Shown here: positions 24,453 to 37,469 of the stretch, piece by piece
How positions within the stretch are numbered: the stretch's first letter is position 1
Layout of the letters: each line of letters begins with the position of its first letter
Assembly: GCA_003971905.1 (NCBI GenBank)
Contig: RSEE01000029.1
Span: 1 to 64,000 of the forward strand
Source of the DNA: Moniliella sp. 'wahieum'
Lineage: Eukaryota
DNA: 64,000 bases
Reading direction: 5' to 3'
Program-made: the position numbers and the translations under genes
Notes under the pieces: generated by a model
Database searches by the model: none
The model's input: only the letters and a program-made list of their open reading frames with translations
Told to the model about the DNA's origin: nothing

Positions 24453-25807
24453 ATGTCGCCCATCGCAGCTGGCAGCACGCCCTCCGTGCGTACCGCGGCC
24501 GAGACGCTCCGTCCGCCGCTCGCCTTGCCCACCGTCGCTGCGCCTCCCTCCATGGCGTACGGGGCGGCAGACAAGATGGCTGCGCGGGTAGCGCGCGATC
24601 TGCGGTCAGACGCTGACGGTGCCTTCGGACGAGGTGGGGCTACGATGCTGAGTGCGACGCGGGCGACGATGTGTACCACGAAGATGGCACGACGGCCGAG
24701 GTGGAAGCGCAGTTGGCTGCGTTGTTGGGGCAAAGAAGCCGCCTTGTTCTGTACCAGTGGTACAGTGAGCAACCAACTTGCCGTGCGCACTCACCTGACT
24801 CACCGCCCTACAGTCTCGTCTGCGATTCGCGCGCGCACATTTTGCGCACGAAGCCGGTGGCGCAGCGCTGATTGCCGGCGCGCATACCATCCCCGTTGTG
24901 CCGTCGAACGGACACCACCTCACCTGGTCCGACCTTGCGCCGCACATTGTTCAGGACGACGGGGACGTGCATGTAGCGCCGACGCAGCTCGTCTGTTCGA
25001 GAACACGCTCAATGGCACATCTTGCCGCAGGACGAAGTGGAGCGGATCGGGCAGGAAGTGCACGCGCAAGGAATCAAGTTGCACTCGACGGTGCGCGCTT
25101 GTGGAACGTGGCAGCCGAGACGGGGAGGACGATGGAAGAGCTAAGCCGACCGTTTGATTCGGTCAACGTGTGCTTGTCCAAGGGGCTCGGCGCCGATTGG
25201 CTCCATCCTGGCTGCTCGGCACAGTTTATTGCCAAGGCGCGTCATTTCCGCAAAGCCTTGGGCGGCGGGATGCGCCAAAACGGGCGCACTGGCCGCGCGG
25301 CGCGCGAAGCGGGTGCAAGCCAACTTTTACGTCTGGCGCATACGCACGCATGGCGCGCGATGCCAGCGCCGCCTCGAGGCGCTGGGCGTGCGGATTGCCA
25401 TTCCGGCGGAAACGAAACATGGTGCGTAGAGAAGGACAGAGGGGGGATGAGGTGGATTGGTGCGCAGAAAGGAAAGCTAACCATGCAATACGGACGCCGG
25501 GGGGGACAGCTGTTTATTGACCCCATGTCGATCGGCGTGTCGGGGCGAGAGCTGCGGCGCGGGCGGCGGGGGGCTGGAGCAGCCGATCCTGACGACGGGC
25601 CAGCGGCTGGTGTTCCACCTGCACCGGCGCCGGAGACGGTGGAGGCGCTGGAGGCGCTGGTGCGGGTTGCTGAAGAAGGAGAAGGATAAGATTGCGCAGG
25701 GCTTTGACCCCGTGGCGGGGGCGAGTCTGCGCAGCCAGTCGATCCGCATCTACAGCGGCGGTGTGAATGGGAATGGGATGTGGCATAAGAGGAGGACTCG
25801 AGTATAA
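24453..25807 (+). CDS. GLY1: Low-specificity L-threonine aldolase (PLP-dependent)
   Basis: Motifs DLRSD, GKEAALFCTSGTVSNQLAVRTHL, ENTLNG, LDGARLWN, CLSKGLGAPIGS (PLP lysine) and RKALGGGMRQ. Intron 25422-25509 (GTGCGT..GCTAAC..CAG). Multiple frameshifts; the 3' end is approximate. Confidence 0.93.
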
Positions 25808-26227
25808 TACGAGGAGAAGTATAAGAGAGGAAGTATAATGAGGAGAAGTACAAGTGGGGAGGTGTTGGATGTGACAGGGGAGTGATGGGGACGTGATGGG
25901 GAGGGCGATGCGTGAGAGGGAGCGAAGGAATGGGTGGATGATGGATGATGGCCGGCAGACGCGGCGGGAGGCGCAGGGCGAGGACCACACTGCCCCGTGG
26001 CAGATCGCGCGAGCGCCAAAAAGAAAAAAAAATGGGGGTGGGGTGGCGCGGGGGCAGTGCGGGGGGGGGGGGTAGAAGGGCGAGGCTACTCTGGGGATGT
26101 TTGGTTGGTGCTACCACCTGCGCTGCTGTCTGCTGCTGCCTCCTTCTCTCTGTGCTGCTGCTGACGATGTGCTGGCCAGCCCCTGAAAACACAACCTCAG
26201 CAACCAGATCAACGCCAAACGCATACT

Positions 26228-28716
26228 ATGAGCACCCATGCGCACCCACCCGCCTGCCCCTCCCAATCCCAGGCCCAACAAGCCCCGCCCCCCCCGCCGG
26301 CCCTCGGCACTCGCCGCTGCGCTGCGCCCACCCGCACGCCTCGGCTCGGGCTCTGCCTCTGCCTCTGCCTCGGGCTCTGCCGCACGCAAGCGCCGTGCGC
26401 CACCGGCGCTCTCCCGCCCCGCAGGCGCCCCCACCGCGCCGCGCTACCGAAGGCGCTGCGCCGCCACCGCCCCGCCTGCCCTCTCGCCCTCGCCCTCGCC
26501 CACAGCCTCGCTGCGCCCCTGCGCCCAGCCCACGCGCCGCTGCCGGTGCGGCGCGTCGAGTGCGCCCCCGAGGTCCCCCGCGCCCCGCATCCTCCCCGAA
26601 CGCAAGCCACCGCGCCCCGCGCCCGCTAGCCTCTCCCCCGACCTCGTCGACCCCGAAGCGGCCGACTCGGACTTGGACTGGCCCGTGACGAGGCGGCCCT
26701 CGCTCCGCCCCGCGCCCGCACAACCGCCCTGGCAGACGACGCCGATGCGGATGTGGACACGGACGATGGCCACGAGTACGAGTATGAGTACGAGTACGAC
26801 CACGACGTCCCGCTGTCTTGTCTTCCTCCCTCGCTCCTTTGACCTGAGCGGGAGTGTGCTGCCCATTCGGGTGTCCCAAGGCGCTGCCAAGCGAGCGCGG
26901 AAAGAAAGCTGGCGGTCGCAAACACAAGCATAAGCGGCACCGCCCACTGCCGGTGCCGCTACAGGTACCGGTGCTCTCCCGCCCTTCTCCCACGTGCCCA
27001 CGCCATCGTCACCGTTGCATACGGAAGAGGAGCGGCCGCTGGACCTGTCGACCTACGACCTGTCGCTTGTCCCGTCGTGGGACCTCAGTGGCCCGCTCGC
27101 CCGCCCCTTCTCCGCGTCCGAGTCGGACAGTAACGAGAACGAAGACGAAGACGAAGACGGGACGAGCTTTGAAGTGTCCATCCCGCTTTTTGACCAACAA
27201 AGTTTTGATCAAAACTTCCCCCCCCTGGCGCTATCGACATCAGCCTCGACCTCGACTTCGTTTTCGACCCTGGCGCCTCCACTCCTGCCTGCGCTCTTCC
27301 CCCCTGCCCCGGGGACAGGGGACCAGCGCACGCTCTCCTCCCGCCGGACGAGGAGGAGGAGGAGACCGCGCCCGCTCCTCTCGCGCCTGCCTTGCCCGCG
27401 CCCGTCTCCTCGCACGTGGTGACGGTGACCTTTTGGATGGCGACGGGACGACGGTGTGTGCGCGGACGACGGACGACGGCCGAGCAGTGTTTGGCTCGGA
27501 TGGAGAATTTGAGCGGGTGGAGGAAGGTGGGATGTCGGACGCAGGGTTGGACAGTGAGCCAGGTACCGGCGCACGTGCCCGTGTCGGTGCCGGTGCCGGT
27601 GCAGGTGCCGACTCGGACTTGGACTTGGACTTGGACTCGGACTTGGACGGAGACACGACGGACGATATGGGTGGTGGGTTCCATTTGCCCCGTATGGTCG
27701 TCGGCAGTCTTGCCCCGTGCGGCTCGGTCTGGCCCCATCCCCGTCCCCATCCTCATCTTGCTTCTCGTTCTCATTCTCATTCTCATTCGCATTCTCATTC
27801 TCGTTCTCGCTCTCGCTCTCGATCTCGCTCTCGCTCTCGCTTCCGCGTCGACGACGCACGTGGTCATCGTACCCTTCCTCGGTCCCGCTCCCCCTCCCCT
27901 TCTCGTCTCCACTCTCCTTCTCATTCTCGTTCTCGTTCTCGTTCTCGTTCTCGTTCCCATTCTCGTTCCCGTACCGACTCGCGATCCCGATCCCAATCCA
28001 CCTGCACATCCCGTCCTTTTCTCGTGGCCGACGCGCGGCACCACCGCCACCTGCGTCAACAACAACCGGGACGACACTTTCGCCGCGCTCTCCTCCTCCT
28101 CTTCCCTCCCCGTTCCCGAAACGCCGCGAATGGGCACGTTTGCGCCTTCGCACCGGCCCTACTCGGCTTCGCGACGAGCGATCATCACGGGTTGCGAGAC
28201 CCATCGACCATTTGGCTCTGTCGGCTCTCACCCGCGCGACCGATCTCGTCCTTCTTCTTCTACGCGCACCCACACGCGCACTCATCCTCGCTCCCATCGC
28301 TCTCGCCCCGGTACATCCACCCCGCGCAGCTCTACCCCCGCCACGGCCGCGCCTTGCCACCTCGCCCTCGGCTCGCCCGACCGCCCAGACCGGTCCCCTT
28401 CCGCCGTGGTAGTCAGCTCGGGTTGCCCCTGCCCTACCTGGGTCTGGACCTGGGTTCGACTTTGGTCTGGATCTGGATCTGGGGCTGGATCTGGGAGTGG
28501 GACTGGGAGGGGGACGTGGTGCGTGCCTGTGCCGCCGCCGAGTCCAGGCGCGACACTAGACACGGTGTTGTGTGGGAACGACTGCAGTTGCGCGCCGAGC
28601 GGAGCGGGGACGAAGGGTGGACGCGCGCTTCTGCTTCCGCTTCGCCCTCCTCGCCCTCGGCCTCCCGCTCCTCGCCCCCCTTGGCCATTGACTTGGCCGA
28701 GTGGATCAATGTGTAG
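26228..28716 (+). CDS. Hypothetical low-complexity disordered protein with acidic tracts and SH/RS dipeptide repeats
   Basis: Overlapping long + ORFs (26238-26933, 26994-27422, 26854-28716) contain protein-like segments (SESDSNENEDEDEDG, DSDLDLDLDSD, (SH)n(SR)n) and end PLAIDLAEWINV*. Confidence 0.55.
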
Positions 28717-29605
28717 CCACCGCGTAGCCCCAGCGCTTCGGCTTGCTGTCAAACTAGCCTCGAGCATATGGGGTGGATGGTGCGCTGGGTACCCTGGGTA
28801 TCTGGCGACCCTGGGGACCCTGGGCACCGTGTCTCCCTGCGCCATGGCACTGTACATAGTTTCCGATTGAATTGATTTCGTGTTGACGTGGTCCGGGCAG
28901 GGAGCCAGTGGGACTGGACTCCGCACCGGTTTCGTAGGTTCTAGAAGAGGAATCATTAATCAGGTCTACGGACGAACGACCCGGGAGCGGTCGGTAAGCC
29001 CGGCCGGACAGGACAGTAAGGACCAAGTAGGAGATCAGCGCTGAGGCCCAGCCTACTAGCTCGTATATCTTCTGTCCTGCCTCAAAGTGAAACCCGGGTC
29101 CAACCACCGTTGCGACGCACGGGCGAGCCGGGGTGCCTACTATTAGACTGCTTGCCACGGTTATGGTAGGGGTCGACGGTCTGCATTGAAGGCGAAAGAG
29201 TTGTGCCGTGCCGTTGCTCTGGGTGGGTGCCACTATTAGTACCCTAGTCTACGAATCGAGCTCACAGGTGGGCAGGACTGACGAGGACGCCAAAGAGCGG
29301 TGGCCGGCGGTGCCAAGGGGACGCCGTACAGGCAGATGGACACAACGCTAGGACAGAACCAACTAGCCACACTACTATCTACCACATATCGGTCCACCTC
29401 GTCGTGTCGTACGAACGTCTTCCAAGCACAACTGGTTGCTTCACCTCCCTCCTCCCGCCATCAGGCACCATTTCTACATATCTCTTCTGCAGCTCTGCCA
29501 GTCCCGCCCCCAGACGAACGATACACACGAATTGATTCAAGCCTTCCGCCCTAACCTTTTGGATGCGGGGGAAGGGGTAGGCGCGCGGCTGGGCTGGACC
29601 GGCCA

Positions 29606-32600
29606 CTACGGGTTCTCTTCCACCCACAGACGCACACTTTCAAAAGCCGGAACCAGGGACCGCGTCCGTTCCAGCTCGGACCCGTGGCCGGGGGCGGAGG
29701 GACATGTTGGTGTCAAAACAGACAACGTTCCGGGTGGGGCATCATGCTGAGCACGCGTCCGTCGGAGGATTGCACGCCCGTCACGCCGTCGGGGGAACCG
29801 TTGGGGTTGAGCGGTAGGTTTCGGTCGCGGAGCGGTCGTCGGGGCTGTTGTTCACGTAGCGCAGCACCACCTGATCCTTCGGCACGGGGTGGCCGCCACA
29901 GCGCGTCCTTCGGCGTGCGAAACGACAATGGGCAACCGCGAGCCGCGCATCAAGCGCAAAAAGGGACCCGAGGCATTCGCGTCCACCTCAACATCACCTG
30001 TCGCGCCTCGTAGCGACCCGAGGCGTTGCCCTTGAACGCAGGCCAGGCTTTGCCACCAGGGATCAGGCCGGCCCGGCCCAGCCGAGAGCATCTGGCCCCA
30101 TTGCACACGCCCAAGGCAAACGTATCGGTGCGTTGCAGGAAGAAGGTCTGCAGTTCCTTGCGTGCGGTCGGGTTGAGCAGCAGCGACTTGGCCCATCGCC
30201 TCCGGCACCCAGCACGTCACCAAAGGAGAAACCACCGCAGGCAGCCAGCCCACGGAAGGGCGCAAACTGACCCGTCCCGAGGTTGAGGTCCGAGCTGTGG
30301 ACATCGACCACGGTAAAGCCGGCTTGGTGCCAGGCCCAGGCCATCTCAACATGCGAATTGACACCTTGTTCGCGCAGGATGGCCACCATGGGAGCCGAGT
30401 GCAGCGGGCGCTCTACGCAGTGAACGCGAGCGCGCCCAACACGTCCTCGCCGGGTTGTAGCTGAGGTCGTACGAAGGCGGTTGGGCGAGCTGTGGGGCTG
30501 GTCTGGATCAAGGCATACTCGCTATCGGCCGCCTTGTGGTTGTCCCGCAACGCCTGCATCCGCCACGACGTTTCGGCCCAGGCAGCTTGGAGCTGCTTGC
30601 GCTCGGAGCGGAAAACGACGTGTTCGCCGTGGGTGAACGTGACACTTTCCTCGCCGGCGGGGAGGACGCGACCGAGGACGTTAACGTCCTTGGCAGGCAC
30701 GCCTTCCGATACCAGCACCGCCTGCACCGCCTTGATGTCCGACCGACGCACCTGCACCAGTGCGCCCAGTTCCTCGTTGAACAAGGCCATGCACCGAGGC
30801 CAGGCTGGCATCGGCACTGTACGACCCAGGTCCAGCTCGAGGCCCGTGCGCGCGGCAAAGCTCATTTCGGCCGCGGCAGCCAACAGGCCTCCGTCGCTCC
30901 GGTCGTGGTAGGCCAAGATGAGCTGGGGCGCGTGGGGCGCGACTCGACGGTCAAGCGCTTGAGTGTGCTCATGGCCTTGACGACGCGGTGAGCACCTTGG
31001 CTGACTCAACGTCCGGCGCCTCGTCGCCCAGCTGGCGGAACACTTGCGCCAACGCACTGCCGCCCAAACGTTGCTTCCCGCCCGCCAGGTCGATCAGCAG
31101 CAGCACCGTGTCTTCCACGTCGGTGCGCAGCAGCGGGGTCCAGGTACGACGCGTGTCAAACACAGGGCCAAAGGCTGTGATGATCAAGCTGAGCGGCGAG
31201 GTGACTTCCTTGCTCTTCCCATCCTCGTGCCACGCCATCTTCATCGACATGGAATCTTTGCCGACCGGGATGGCGAGGCCGAGCTGCGGGCACAAGTCCA
31301 GGCCAACGGCCTGCACGCCTCGTACAGTTTCTTGCCCTCGTCCCCATGCGACGCAGCGGCCATCCAGTTGGCACTGAGCTTGACGCGGGTCAGGTCGTCG
31401 CCCACATCGGCAGCCACGAGGTTGGTCAGCGCCTCGGCAACGGCCATGCGCGCACTGGCAGCAGCATTGATCAGTGCCAGCGGCGTACGTTCTCCCGATG
31501 CCATCGCTTCGCCCGTCAGGCAGTCGAACCCGTAACTCGTCCGGGTCACCGCCACATCCGCCACGGCACCTGCCACGGTCCCACCATCGGTTCCTGCGCC
31601 ACCAGCGAGGTGACGGAGCGATCGCCAATGTGATCAGGAACGCCTTGCTGCCACGCTGGGGAGGTGCAGGACACGGTCCACCGCTTCGGCCGTAGCGTTG
31701 GACGCGACGTAGGAGCCCAGCGATGCGTCAAAGGGGGCAGCTGCACGTCGAGCGAGTGCGCCGTGCGACCAATCTTGGGCGCCTTGCCAAACAGCACGTC
31801 CATCGGAAGGTCAATGGGCGTCGTGCCAAACAGACGGTCCGAGAGGAGAAGGCGTTGCTCGGTCGTTGCCACGCCGACCACCGCATACGGGCACCGTTCG
31901 CGCTTGGCAATCGCCTCAAAGGTGGGCAGATCGGCCTGCTTGACCGCGAGCACGTAGCGTTCCTGCGACTCGTTGCACAGATCTCCATCGGCGACATGCC
32001 CGGCGAAGCGACGGGAACGTCGCGCAGCTCAAAGTGCGCGCCGAGACCGGCGTCGTGCACCAGCTCGGGCAGCGCATTGCTCAGTCCTCCGGCACCAACG
32101 TCGTGGATGGACTGGATCGGGTTGCCGCCCACCAGGTTGGCGCACTGGTCAATCACCTCTTGGCAGCGCCGCTGCAGCTCGGGGTTCTCGCGCTGCACCG
32201 AAGCAAAGTCCAAGTCGGCGGTCCGCCGCGCCGACGCGAGCGAAGAAGCAGCCGCCGCCGCCTAGGCCAATCAGCATCCCGGGCCCACCCAGCACGATCA
32301 CTGCGCTCCCCGGCTCGATTTGGCCCTTGAGCGCACACTCGGGCCGCACATTGCCCACCCACCAGCAAGCATGATCGGCTTGTGGTAGCCACGCACTTCG
32401 AGCGCACCCTTGTCCCCCGTCTGGAAGAGGATGATGAGAAGGTTCGATTTGGTTAGTTCCCTGTGGATGTACCCCTCTCCCTGCCCCGACCCCCTCCACA
32501 AAACAAAGCAAAGCAGCCCCACGTACCGGCACCCGTTCGCTCCACGTCCGCCAGAATCCGCCAATCGCCGGACGACCAAACTCGTTGTTGAAGCTGGCTC

Positions 32601-33854
32601 CGCCCAGGGGCGCCTCGAGCATGATCTTTTGCGCCGAGGCAATGTGCGCCGGGCGACCAAAGTCTTCCTCCCACTTTTGCGGCGCCGAGGCGAGGTTGAG
32701 GTTGGAGGTCATGAAGCCCGTCAGGCCGCCTTGGGCTTGACCCGCGGCCCACCGCACCTTCGTCCCGGATCTCCCCGCCGGAGCCGGTAGCCGCACCGGG
32801 GAAGGGCGAGACGGCGGTCGGGTGGTTGTGGGTTCGACCTTGCCGAGCATAGGGCGGACTTCCTTCTTGCCCGTGTACACGTGCAGGCCATCCACCTTGT
32901 CGGCATCGAACCGCACCGCCTCAAAGCCTTCGAAGACCGCGGCATTGTCCGAGTAGGCCGAGATGGTGTGCTGCGGATGCAGCTTGTGCGTGTGCCGGAT
33001 CATGCCAAACAACGTTTCCGGCATCGGCTTGCCGTCGATCGTCCAGTCCGCATTGAATATCTTGTGCCGGCAGTGCTCCGAGTTGACTTGGGCAAACATG
33101 AACAGTTCCACGTCCGTCGGGTTGCGGCCCAGCCCGTGCCGCCTGAGGGAGGGTGGACAAAGGCCGAGATGAGATACTCCATCTCGTCCCCGGCCAGCGC
33201 CAGACCATCCTCCACATTGGCCTTCTGGAGGCGAGCCAGGGCGGTGGGACGATCAACGTCCTGCGCCTTGAGGCCCTGAAGAAGATCAATGACCTTCAAG
33301 GGCGCCGGCTTGGACGCGTGGAACAGGTCGTCGGTGGTGGGCAGGGTGGGGTGAGCACCTGCGTCATGCGGTCGTACAGCGCATCGCCCAGGCCCGCCAG
33401 CTCCTCGGGCGACAAGGACGCTTGGCCGGGTGGTCAAACTGCAGCACGTACGCCAGGCCACGCTCGACACGCTTGACCTTGTCGGCCAAGCCGCACTCGT
33501 GGAAGATGTCGGCGGCCTTGGAGGACCAGGGGGAGATGTTGCCCTGGCGCGGGGCGACAAAGAGCACGACCTGGTCCGAGGGGAGGGAGCCCTGGATGGC
33601 CGGGCCACGACGGCGCGCGTCGCGGGGAAGGCCACGTCGTCGCCGTAGGCGAGGAGCAGGTCCAGGGTCTGCGCCACCTCGCCCTCGAGCGCGGCGGGGG
33701 CGGCGGGCTGGACAAAGTGGAGGTAGACGGCGTCGACGGAGCGGAGCGGCGGGCTGGCGGGCGGGAGGGCGGCGCGGAGCGTGTCGAGCAGGTCGGTGCG
33801 GATGGCGGGGATGTGGACGCTGGGGCCGAGCAGGGTGGCGTGGCCAGCAGCCAT
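29606..33854 (-). CDS. ADE6: Phosphoribosylformylglycinamidine synthase (large PurL / FGAM synthase)
   Basis: Motifs [113 protein letters not shown] and PNGS...[13 protein letters not shown]. Intron 32421-32526. Many frameshifts. Confidence 0.97.
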
Positions 33855-34092
33855 GGCGGGCAGGGGGCGAGGGTGGGTGGGGGGGGGGCGGCGTCACAGC
33901 AGTTCGCCGGGGACGAATCGAGGCAAAAGTCCGTCTGTGCGTCGCCGAAAAAAAATGGAAAAAAGACGCAGCCACGAACGAAACGTCCAGCGGCGTCGGT
34001 GCAACTGCGCCTGGATCGTCCACGGGCTGCCTAAGGCACCCCTCTTTTTGCGAATACACTCGCTCTCACTGCTCCACGCGTGCCCCCCCCCC

Positions 34093-34786
34093 ATGTCCGT
34101 CCCCCTCGTCGAAGCGCAGATGGCGCGCCCCCTCGTGCTCTTCGGCCCGTCGGGCACCGGGAAGAGCACGCTGCTCAAGCGCCTCCTCGCCGAGTACCCC
34201 GACCGCTTCGGCTTCAGCGTCAGCCACACCACCCGCGCCCCCCGCGCCGGCGAGACGCCCGGCGTGTCGTACCACTACGTCACCCGCCCCCAGTTCGACC
34301 AGCTCATCCACGACGGCGCCTTTCTCGAGCACGCCGTCTTCGGCGGCAACTGCTACGGCACCACGCCCAGGCCGTCGCCGACGTGTCCCGCGTGTCGGAC
34401 GGCGGTGTGCGGCGCCGGGCGGTGCTGGACATTGATGCGCAAGGCGTGCGGACCATCATGGCGCGCCACCCGCACCTGGACCCGCTCTACGTCTTCCTCG
34501 CGCCTCCGTCGTTCTCTGCGCTCAAGGAGCGGCTCGAAGGCCGCGGTTCCGAGACGGAGGAGAGCATCACCAAGCGGCTTGCCATGGCCGCGCAAGAGCT
34601 GCGGTTTGCGCGCGAGGGCAAGCACGATGTGACGGTGGTCAACGACGACCTGGACCGTGCCTACGCCTTGTTCCGGCAGGTGGCCACCGGCCACCTCACC
34701 AAGGGCGGCGACGCCTTGCCCCGGCCGAGCCCGAGGCGGAGCAGGCGAGCATTGACCGGCTGGCTGCGCTCCAGGCCGACAAGTAA
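34093..34786 (+). CDS. GUK1: Guanylate kinase
   Basis: P-loop [59 protein letters not shown] and VNDDLDRAY. Two apparent frameshifts. Confidence 0.96.
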
Positions 34787-35154
34787 ACCACAGTCGAGCT
34801 GCTGTTTTTTTTTTTTCTTTTCTCTTCTTCTTCTTCTTGCTCCCTCTGCGTATATCTCGTTCTGGATTCACCTGCAGGGTGCATCGTGGATGCCGCCCCC
34901 TATTTGATGCTCCATCTGCGCCGGGTGTGCTTGGGTAGCGGGTGAGGGCTTCTCCTTCCTCCAACCGCAACTCGCCCGTCGGGCTTTCCGACTTGGGGGA
35001 ATGGCGGCCGAACGGCAGTTTTCCGCAGCGTCGTAATTTCATTCCAGCGGCAGCGGCCATTAGTGACCACGGCCAGACGCCCAGCTGCGGAAGATTCATA
35101 TCCATCTTCATAGGCGCGCCCAGCGCGCAACCACCACCGCCGGCCACGCGCAGC

Positions 35155-37252
35155 ATGTTGCTTCTGCGCGCCGCCCACGCGTCCTTCCCGCGCGCCGCCC
35201 GCCTCCGCCCGCCCCGGCGCTGCTCCGCGCCGCGTCCACGCGCGCCGCCAGCCTCCTCGCCGACTGCGACGCCGCCTGGGCCGCCTGGGGCGGCCCCAGC
35301 ACCAGCGTCTGGCGCGCCCGCCTGGCCGCCGCCCAGCAGCCCGCGCCCCCAATGTGCTTGGTGCGTCTCCCCCTCCCCCTTCGCGGTGGGCCGTAGCGCC
35401 TGGCTAACACGGTCGCTCAGTGATCGGTCGGACCGCGCCGAGACCGCGCCGCTGGTGCGTGCGTTGGTCGATGAGCCGCTCGAGGCGCGGCCGGGCGACC
35501 AGGGCGTGCCCCCCCCCGCGCTGCTGGCTGCCGACAGCGACAAGGACCTGGTCCTGAGCTGCCTGCGCCTCGCTGGCTGCCCAACGTCCAGCTCACTCGG
35601 CGTCTCCTCCCGTCGACCCAGTCCCTGTCGCCCGAGGCAAGCAAGCGCTGCTGTCGGCCTTGTACGGCGCGGACCGGATTGTGTATGTGACGGATCCGTT
35701 TAGTCTCTCAGCCGGCCTCGACCCCACGCTTGCCCTGCTGCGTGAGATTCACCCGCGTCCGCGCTGGTGGTGGTCAACTACCCTGCGCCTCTTCCTCCCC
35801 CTCCCACCTCGGGCCAGGAGCAAGGGAAGGCGAAGCGGACCTGGCTCTGCCGCCGCTCCACTCGGACGCAGTAGTCACGTTTCCTCGGGCCTTACGTCCG
35901 AGCAGGCCATTCGTGCTGCGCTGCGCAACGTGGTCGGCGACACGTCGGTGGCGATTGCCACCGTTTCCTCGGGCTTGGCCTTGCGGGCGACCGAGGCGCT
36001 CAAAGAAGCGTTACGATCGCCTTCTTCCTCCGCTTCCTCTTCGGCCGCTTGGTCGAGCTTTGCCGCGCTCTATACCGCTTCGCGCTGGGCAGGTACGTAC
36101 GCTGCTGAGCCAGCCGACGCGGGAGAACGAGAGGAGGTACATGACGGTGCTGCATGCGTCGGCTGCGCTGAGTGCGCAGGCAGGCGAAGAGGTCGCCACC
36201 GCATCCAACCTGCGTGGCGCAGCATCTTCCTTGGACGCGCGGTTTGCCTCGCTGGTCCCGCGCCAAGCGGCTCGGGTGATGGAGGAGGTGCGAAGGCCAA
36301 CCCGGTAGGAGACAAGAAAAGTGTCGGGGCCGGTGACAGCGGATCGAGCGTGTGGGACTAGGCATCAGGACACGCAAGCGGAGCTATCGTCCTTGTTGGA
36401 AGGCATGCCATGGTGGACGTTGCTCTATCGCTCTGATACGATTGCCAGTACGGTCCGCGCTCCGCTGCAGCGCTCCTTTGCGCAAGGCACGGCACTTGCC
36501 CTGGCTCGGGCAGCAGGACGACTGGACGAGGTGAGCAGCGCGGAACACGCCCACCTGCACACCGTCGTCCAATCCCTCGCGTCCCCTCAGCGCACGTGGA
36601 CCTTTCCACGCTGTCGTCTGCGTCGGCCAAGGTGGATACGGCGCAGCTGTCCCACCCTGTGCACAAGGCGCGACAAGCGCTCACTGCGCCCGGCGGACCG
36701 GCGGACCAACTGGCGCGCGAAGGCCAACGCACCGCTGCTTCTTCCGCCGTCTTGGCGTTGAGTACGACCGTGCTGGCAGCTTCCACCCTGGCCGTCCCCC
36801 CGGTCCAGATGCGGTGCCTGCACCGCCAATGGACGTGGCGGTGGTGGAGCCCATTTCGTCGCACACGGCGTTGATTGCGGAACAGGTGAGCCACGCGTGG
36901 TCCAACTGGGCGCCGAAAGCGTGCAGAGTGTATCGGAGCTACTGGGCAGCTTGGCCCTGACGCCGTCGGTCGCCGCGGCCGGATGGGCATTGGTCTTGGC
37001 CGTGCTGGCACGGCGGATGCAGTCCAAGTGGGCCAAGGCCAAGCGCCACTTTTGGACCAACTGCGCGGCTCACCTCGTGCTCCTAGAAAGGAAGTGGAGG
37101 AAACAAGTGTGGCTGTGGTGCAAGAGGTGTATGCGCCAAACAAAACGGGGGCACGGACGCTGGCGCAACAAGCGGATGCGCTCGAGAACAACGCCCGTCC
37201 TGTCCTCCGCCACGCGGTCGAGATGGGCACAGCAGCCAAACAGCTTCTGTAA
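35155..37252 (+). CDS. Fungal Mmc1-like protein (probable mitochondrial membrane protein)
   Basis: The Arg/Leu/Ala-rich N-terminus MLLLRAAHASFPRAARLRP looks like a presequence. MPWWTLLYRSDTI..AGRL and the hydrophobic helix followed by RRMQSKWAKAKRHFW resemble the Mmc1 C-terminal pattern. Confidence 0.55.
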
Positions 37253-37282
37253 TCTATCCACTGCCTCGCACCATGTACAGAG

Positions 37283-37356
37283 AGATGGGATGGGGATGGG
37301 GATGGGATGGGATGGGGATGGGGATGGGGATGGGGATGGAGATGGAGATGGATGGG
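37283..37356. repeat. (GATGGG)n microsatellite
   Basis: About 12 GATGGG/GATGGA hexamers. Confidence 0.9.
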
Positions 37357-37469
37357 AGAACAAAGGCTGGCACCTCAAGAACTACAGCGCTTGTACAAAC
37401 AGAACCTCAACACAGGGGCAGGGGGGGGCTATGGCGACGTGGGTACTGTGCCAAAAAAGAAACGCGGTT

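Noticed and set aside
28754..29233. Minus-strand ORF with a hydrophobic stretch (FEAGQKIYELVGWASALISYLVL), faintly like Spc1 or a permease tail
   Set aside because: The similarity is too short and the rest has no support, so it cannot be assigned.
29606..33854. Horizontal transfer of a bacterial purL
   Set aside because: Large single-chain PurL is the normal fungal form, and the gene contains a spliceosomal intron.
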